A stretch of 64,000 bases of DNA from Deltaproteobacteria bacterium (GTDB lineage Bacteria > Desulfobacterota > GWC2-55-46): positions 19,629 to 83,628 of the forward strand of contig JACREU010000081.1 of assembly GCA_016212705.1 (NCBI GenBank). The letters are read 5' to 3'. A program made the translations under genes and the position numbers. This document shows, one piece after another, positions 59,760 to 64,000 of the stretch (position 1 is its first letter; each line of letters starts with the position of its first letter). The notes beneath the pieces are model-generated. The model worked only from the letters and a program-made list of their open reading frames with translations. It was not told the DNA's origin and searched no databases.

Positions 59760-61901
59760 CTATCTGCCTGTTGAACGGTTTTGAGAAAGCATCCTGTATA
59801 GGGTCTGTCTGCTTATCCCCAACAGTCCGGCGGCCTTTGATTTATTGCCCGCGGACCTTTCAAGGGCGCTCAAGACCGAACCGATGTCGGTCTTTCTCGG
59901 CCTTATGGGCCTATCCTGTCCTGTTTCCCCGGGTAGCTTGAAATACATGGGGAGCGCCTCCATGCCTATGGTCTCGGAGCGCGATACGATGAAGGCGTGT
60001 TCAAGCGTGTGCTCAAGCTCGCGGATGTTACCCGGCCATCCGTAGCCCATGAAGGCCCTTTGGACCTCCGGGGATATGAGGGAGATGTTCTTGCAGTACT
60101 TCTTGTTGAACCCCGATATGAAGTGGCCGACGAGGAGCGGCAGGTCCTCGAGCCTTTGCCTGAGAGGCGGGAGCGATATCTCCACGACCTTCAGCCTGTA
60201 ATAGAGGTCCTCCCTGAACCTCCCCTCCCTGACCCTCTGGAGGAGGTCGCGGTTCGTGGCCGCGATTATCCTCACATCAGACTTCATCGTCGTCGAGTCC
60301 CCGAGCCTCTCGAACTCCCTGTGCTGGAGGACGCGGAGCAGCTTCAATTGAGTCTCCTCGGATAAGTCGCCTATCTCGTCCAAAAAGATAGTCCCGTTGT
60401 CGGCGAGCTCGAACCTCCCGATCCTGTCGCGGACAGCGCCGGTGAAGGCGCCCCTCACATGGCCGAAGAGCTCGCTCCCCAGGAGGTGCTCGGGTATCGC
60501 CGAGCAGTTGACCTTTACAAGGGGGCCGTTTGAGCGCAGGCCCCCGTAATGGATAGCCTCCGCGACGAGCTCCTTGCCGGTGCCGGTCTCGCCTGTTATG
60601 AGGACGGTAGTCGTAAGGTCGGCGAGGTCGCCTATGAGCGAGTAGATCTCCTGCATGCGGGGCGCCGCGCCGATGATGTTATGCAGTTGCTTCCGCTCAT
60701 TCAAATCGCGCTCAAGCACGGCGAGCCGGGTCTCGTCCCTTACTACCAGGACCGCCCCTGAGAAGCCCCCGTCGCAGTCGACGAGCGGGTAGGCGTTTAT
60801 CCCGACTGTCTGGCCCCTACCCGGCCTTCCGCACTCTATGCGGCCCGCCTCGACCGGCCCCATGCGCCTGAAGGTCTCGGCGAGTGTTTCGAAGCATTTT
60901 TTGGAGCAGTCCATGATGAGCGAGTTGAAGCGGTGGCCGATGTCCCCCCGTGAAAGGGCGCATATGCGGGAGGCGGAATAGTTAAGCTCCAATATGGTGA
61001 AATCGAGGTCGATGGTTATTATCGCGTCCCTGACAGACCGGAATATCGCCTCGAGGTTCGAGCGGTACTTGTTCACCTCAGCCTCGGCGCGCTTGAAATC
61101 AGTGATGTCGCTACCGGAGCTCAACGACCCGTTGACCTCGCCTGACGGTGACTTGAGGACCGTGTTGTGCCATGCTATTGTCCTCTCTTCGCCGCTTGCC
61201 GTAAGGACGGGGTTTTCGTAATAATCGCACCCCGCCCTGCCTGAGATGAGAGAGATGAACGCCGCCCGTAGCGCCTCCCTCGTGCGCGCGGGCACGAAGC
61301 TCGCGAACCAGTTCTTTCCGAGTATCTCGGCCTCGGCATACCCGAGCACCTCCGCGCCCTTCCTGTTTATCATCGTGACGTTTTCGTCCGCGTCTATGGC
61401 CACGAAGATGACGCCCGCGAGGTCGAGGTATCTCTGCGCCTTGTCGCGCTCAGAGCGCAGATTTTCCTCGGTCTGCCTCCTGTAGCTTATGTCTCTGGCG
61501 ATGCCGATGACGCCCGTTATCTCGCCTTTTTCGTCCCTGAATGGGACGTTTTTGTATTCGCAGAGAATGCCGGTGTCCTTGAAATACAGCTCGTACTCCG
61601 GGGACTCGCCCCGAAGCGTCGTTGTGTAGGCGTCTATGGCTTTTTTGAGGTTGTTTTCGTCAAAGAGCGGTCCAAAAGGTTTTCCGATGAACTCCTCGGG
61701 CTTGTGTCCGGAGTAGCGCTCTAGCTCCCGGTTGACGAAGAGGATGTTGCCAGCGGTGTCGCAGATATAGGCGAGGTCGTTGATGCCCAGGAAAAGCGCC
61801 TCGAACTTCTTAAGCTCGATCACCTCGCGCTCTTTTGCCGAGAGCGCCTCCTTAAGGGCCTTTATCTCGTCTGCGTTTTTATTTTTCATATCTTCCGACA
61901 T
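59760..61901 (-). CDS. Sigma-54-dependent transcriptional activator with three PAS domains
   Basis: 713 aa with PAS segments, an AAA+ sigma-54 interaction domain (GETGTGKELVAEAIH, GSELFGHVRGAFTGA, FLDEIGD, RLKVVEISLPPLRQR), and a C-terminal Fis-type HTH (AAGLLGISRQTLYRML). Confidence 0.92.
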   Translation of the reverse strand: MSEDMKNKNADEIKALKEALSAKEREVIELKKFEALFLGINDLAYICDTAGNILFVNRELERYSGHKPEEFIGKPFGPLFDENNLKKAIDAYTTTLRGESPEYELYFKDTGILCEYKNVPFRDEKGEITGVIGIARDISYRRQTEENLRSERDKAQRYLDLAGVIFVAIDADENVTMINRKGAEVLGYAEAEILGKNWFASFVPARTREALRAAFISLISGRAGCDYYENPVLTASGEERTIAWHNTVLKSPSGEVNGSLSSGSDITDFKRAEAEVNKYRSNLEAIFRSVRDAIITIDLDFTILELNYSASRICALSRGDIGHRFNSLIMDCSKKCFETLAETFRRMGPVEAGRIECGRPGRGQTVGINAYPLVDCDGGFSGAVLVVRDETRLAVLERDLNERKQLHNIIGAAPRMQEIYSLIGDLADLTTTVLITGETGTGKELVAEAIHYGGLRSNGPLVKVNCSAIPEHLLGSELFGHVRGAFTGAVRDRIGRFELADNGTIFLDEIGDLSEETQLKLLRVLQHREFERLGDSTTMKSDVRIIAATNRDLLQRVREGRFREDLYYRLKVVEISLPPLRQRLEDLPLLVGHFISGFNKKYCKNISLISPEVQRAFMGYGWPGNIRELEHTLEHAFIVSRSETIGMEALPMYFKLPGETGQDRPIRPRKTDIGSVLSALERSAGNKSKAAGLLGISRQTLYRMLSQNRSTGR

Positions 61902-61968
61902 ACCGGCCTTCCTTGATACGCCGGCCCGGACGGGTGGCGTACGCTATTTTACAACACCCCGCCCTTTC

Positions 61969-61997
61969 TTGACAAGGGTACATAATTACTGTAATTT
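61969..61997 (+). promoter_or_regulatory. Sigma-70-type promoter of tadA
   Basis: TTGACA (61969-61974), a 17-nt spacer, then TAATTT (61992-61997). Confidence 0.45.
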
Positions 61998-62014
61998 TAA
62001 ATGCTCAAAGGGCT

Positions 62015-62524
62015 TTGAAGGTCAGGGATTTGAAAGAGACGACGGAAGATACCCTCTTTATGGGGGAGGCGCTGAAAGAGGCTAAAAAGGCGCTTAAAAA
62101 GGGCGAGGTACCCATAGGCGCGGTCCTGGTAGTGGACGGCAAGGTCGTCGCCCGAGGACACAACGAGAGGGAGTTAAAACACGACCCCTCGGCCCACGCG
62201 GAGCTCACCGCCATAAGAAAGGCCTCGAAGAGGCTCGGGTCATGGAGGCTTACAGGCTCGACCCTTTATGTGACGCTCGAGCCCTGCCTCATGTGCATGG
62301 GGGCCATAGTGCTCGCAAGGATAGAGAGGCTCGTATTCGGGGCCTTTGACCCGAAGGCAGGGGCTGTCGGGTCGCTTTACGACATCTCGAAGGATAAGAG
62401 GCTCAACCACAGGGTAGTGGTGGCCTCCGGGGTCCTGGGGGAAGAGGCAGGCAGGCTCCTCAAGGATTTCTTCTCGAATTTAAGGGCCGAGAAGAGGGCG
62501 AAAAAAACCGGGGGGCGCCGGTAA
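62015..62524 (+). CDS. tadA: tRNA adenosine(34) deaminase
   Basis: CDA fold motifs HAELTAIRKA and LEPCLMCMGAIV, plus the N-terminal FMGEALKEAKKALKKGEVPIGAVLV. TTG start at 62015, exact start uncertain. Confidence 0.88.
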   Translation: MKVRDLKETTEDTLFMGEALKEAKKALKKGEVPIGAVLVVDGKVVARGHNERELKHDPSAHAELTAIRKASKRLGSWRLTGSTLYVTLEPCLMCMGAIVLARIERLVFGAFDPKAGAVGSLYDISKDKRLNHRVVVASGVLGEEAGRLLKDFFSNLRAEKRAKKTGGRR

Positions 62525-62576
62525 CGGTTTTTTTGTATATAATCATTTTAAAATTTGCATATGGAGGGTTTTGACG

Positions 62577-64000
62577 ATGTCTTCAGTTTCCGACGGGATA
62601 TTCAGGGAGTACGACATAAGGGGCACCTTCGGAGAGGACCTGACGCCTGAGACGGCCGAGCTCATAGGGCGCGGGTACGCGGCCTATATAAGGAGGCTCG
62701 GGCTCTATAAAGAAGGCTTCAGGGTCACCATTGGCAGGGACGTTCGGACAAGCTCGAACGCGATATTCGAGGGGCTTGCAAAGGGGCTTACGGATTCCGG
62801 CATCGACGTTATAAATATAGGCGAGTGCCCGACCCCGCTCCAGTATTTCTCGATGCAGACGATCCCGTGCGACGGCGGCGTCATGATAACCGGAAGCCAC
62901 AACCCGCCAGAGTACAACGGCTTCAAGGTGTCCATCGGAAAAGAGACGATACACGGCGAAGAGATACAAAAGTTAAAGAAGGTCATCAGGGAAGAGGTCA
63001 TAGGGAAGAAGACGGATGCGGCGCGAAAGGGTTCCATAAAAGAAGCGGATATAATAGCCCCGTATATAGATTACGTGAGCGGCAATATAAAATTACCCAA
63101 ACTCAAGAGGCCCCTTAAGGTAGTGCTGGATTCCGGCAACGGAACCGCCGGGCCTGTCGCTGTACCGCTTATAAAAAGGCTCGGGTGCGAGGTAGTGGAG
63201 CTTTTCAGCGACCCCGACGGCAGGTTCCCGAACCACCACCCTGACCCGACGGTGCCGAAGAACTTGAAGCACCTTATGGACGCGGTACTAAAAGAGAAGG
63301 CGGACTTCGGCGTAGCCTACGACGGCGACGCCGACAGGATCGGCGTCGTCGACGAGAAGGGCGGGATCATCTGGGGGGACAAACTCATGGTCATATTCTC
63401 AAGGTCCATACTTGAGAAGTCCCCGGGCGCGACGATCGTCGGAGAGGTCAAGTGCTCTCAGGTCATGTACGACGAGATAGCCAAGGCCGGAGGCAAGCCG
63501 GTCATGTGGAAGACCGGACATTCGCTCATAAAGGCGAAGATGAAGGAATTGAAGGCCGCGATGGCCGGGGAGATGAGCGGCCACATATTCTTCGCCGACA
63601 AATGGTTCGGCTTTGACGACGCCGTTTATTCCTCCTGCAGGCTTTTGGAGATCATGGCGAATAAAAGGGCGGAAGACCCCGCTTATCCGTTCTCGAAGCT
63701 CCTTGAAGGTGTCGCTGAGACGATCGTTACGCCTGAGATACGGATAGACTGCGCCGACGACGTGAAGTTCGAGTTGATAGAAAAGCTCGACGAGGCCGTT
63801 GGGGCCGGGTCGAAGGACTTCAAGGTCAGGGACATCATAAAGATAGACGGGCTACGCATAAACTTCGACGGCGGATGGGCGTTAGTGCGCGCCTCGAACA
63901 CCCAGCCTGTGCTTGTATTGAGGTTCGAGGCGGCGGATGAGACGAAGCTCAATATCGCCAAGTCGTTCATAAAAGGCAGGCTCGAAGGCTTAAGGCCGGG
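62577..64000 (+). CDS. Phosphomannomutase/phosphoglucomutase (alpha-D-phosphohexomutase family), 3' end outside window
   Basis: Not in the ORF track because it is open at the window edge. ATG 62577 follows a GGAGGG RBS. MSSVSDGIFREYDIRGTFGEDLTPE, the catalytic loop ITGSHNPPEYNGFKV, and metal-binding DGDADRIGVVD. Confidence 0.88.
   Translation, partial: MSSVSDGIFREYDIRGTFGEDLTPETAELIGRGYAAYIRRLGLYKEGFRVTIGRDVRTSSNAIFEGLAKGLTDSGIDVINIGECPTPLQYFSMQTIPCDGGVMITGSHNPPEYNGFKVSIGKETIHGEEIQKLKKVIREEVIGKKTDAARKGSIKEADIIAPYIDYVSGNIKLPKLKRPLKVVLDSGNGTAGPVAVPLIKRLGCEVVELFSDPDGRFPNHHPDPTVPKNLKHLMDAVLKEKADFGVAYDGDADRIGVVDEKGGIIWGDKLMVIFSRSILEKSPGATIVGEVKCSQVMYDEIAKAGGKPVMWKTGHSLIKAKMKELKAAMAGEMSGHIFFADKWFGFDDAVYSSCRLLEIMANKRAEDPAYPFSKLLEGVAETIVTPEIRIDCADDVKFELIEKLDEAVGAGSKDFKVRDIIKIDGLRINFDGGWALVRASNTQPVLVLRFEAADETKLNIAKSFIKGRLEGLRP

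Overview
This is a 64-kb chromosomal segment from a moderately GC-rich bacterium. It uses ATA-Ile and AGG/AGA-Arg codons heavily, even in rpmH, and I cannot assign a phylum by eye.

Core content:
- The replication-initiation neighbourhood sits in an unusual collinear order, all on the minus strand: dnaA-dnaN-rpmH-rnpA-yidD-yidC-mnmE. DnaA-box-like clusters flank dnaA on both sides.
- Core metabolism genes are present: fhs, fbp, gdh, glnE, serS, dut, tadA, ubiX and a partial PMM/PGM.
- A proteostasis block runs clpB-hsp20-DUF1844-htrA.
- There are three tRNAs: Ser-UGA, Ser-GCU and Arg-ACG.

Accessory blocks:
1. A GT2 gene, an ArnT-like GT-C gene and two tandem TMTC-like GT-C/TPR genes form a putative periplasmic protein-glycosylation locus. 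A truncated relic of a third paralogue lies nearby.
2. An orphan cobalamin-type radical SAM plus LuxI-fold N-acyltransferase operon sits next to a STAND/SARP hybrid regulator. Its promoter carries SARP-style heptamer direct repeats.
3. A sigma-54 activator lies next to a PilZ gene and a catalytically degenerate RadC gene, with a candidate -24/-12 promoter and upstream dyads.
4. Two small AT-rich insertions each abut a tRNA-Ser gene.

Intergenic DNA is populated by a ~90-bp dispersed repeat family (at least 8 copies) and by CCCCTCC/GGAGGGG hairpin modules. I saw no rRNA, CRISPR array, transposase or integrase gene.

All calls come from reading the sequence and the ORF track. No database search was run.
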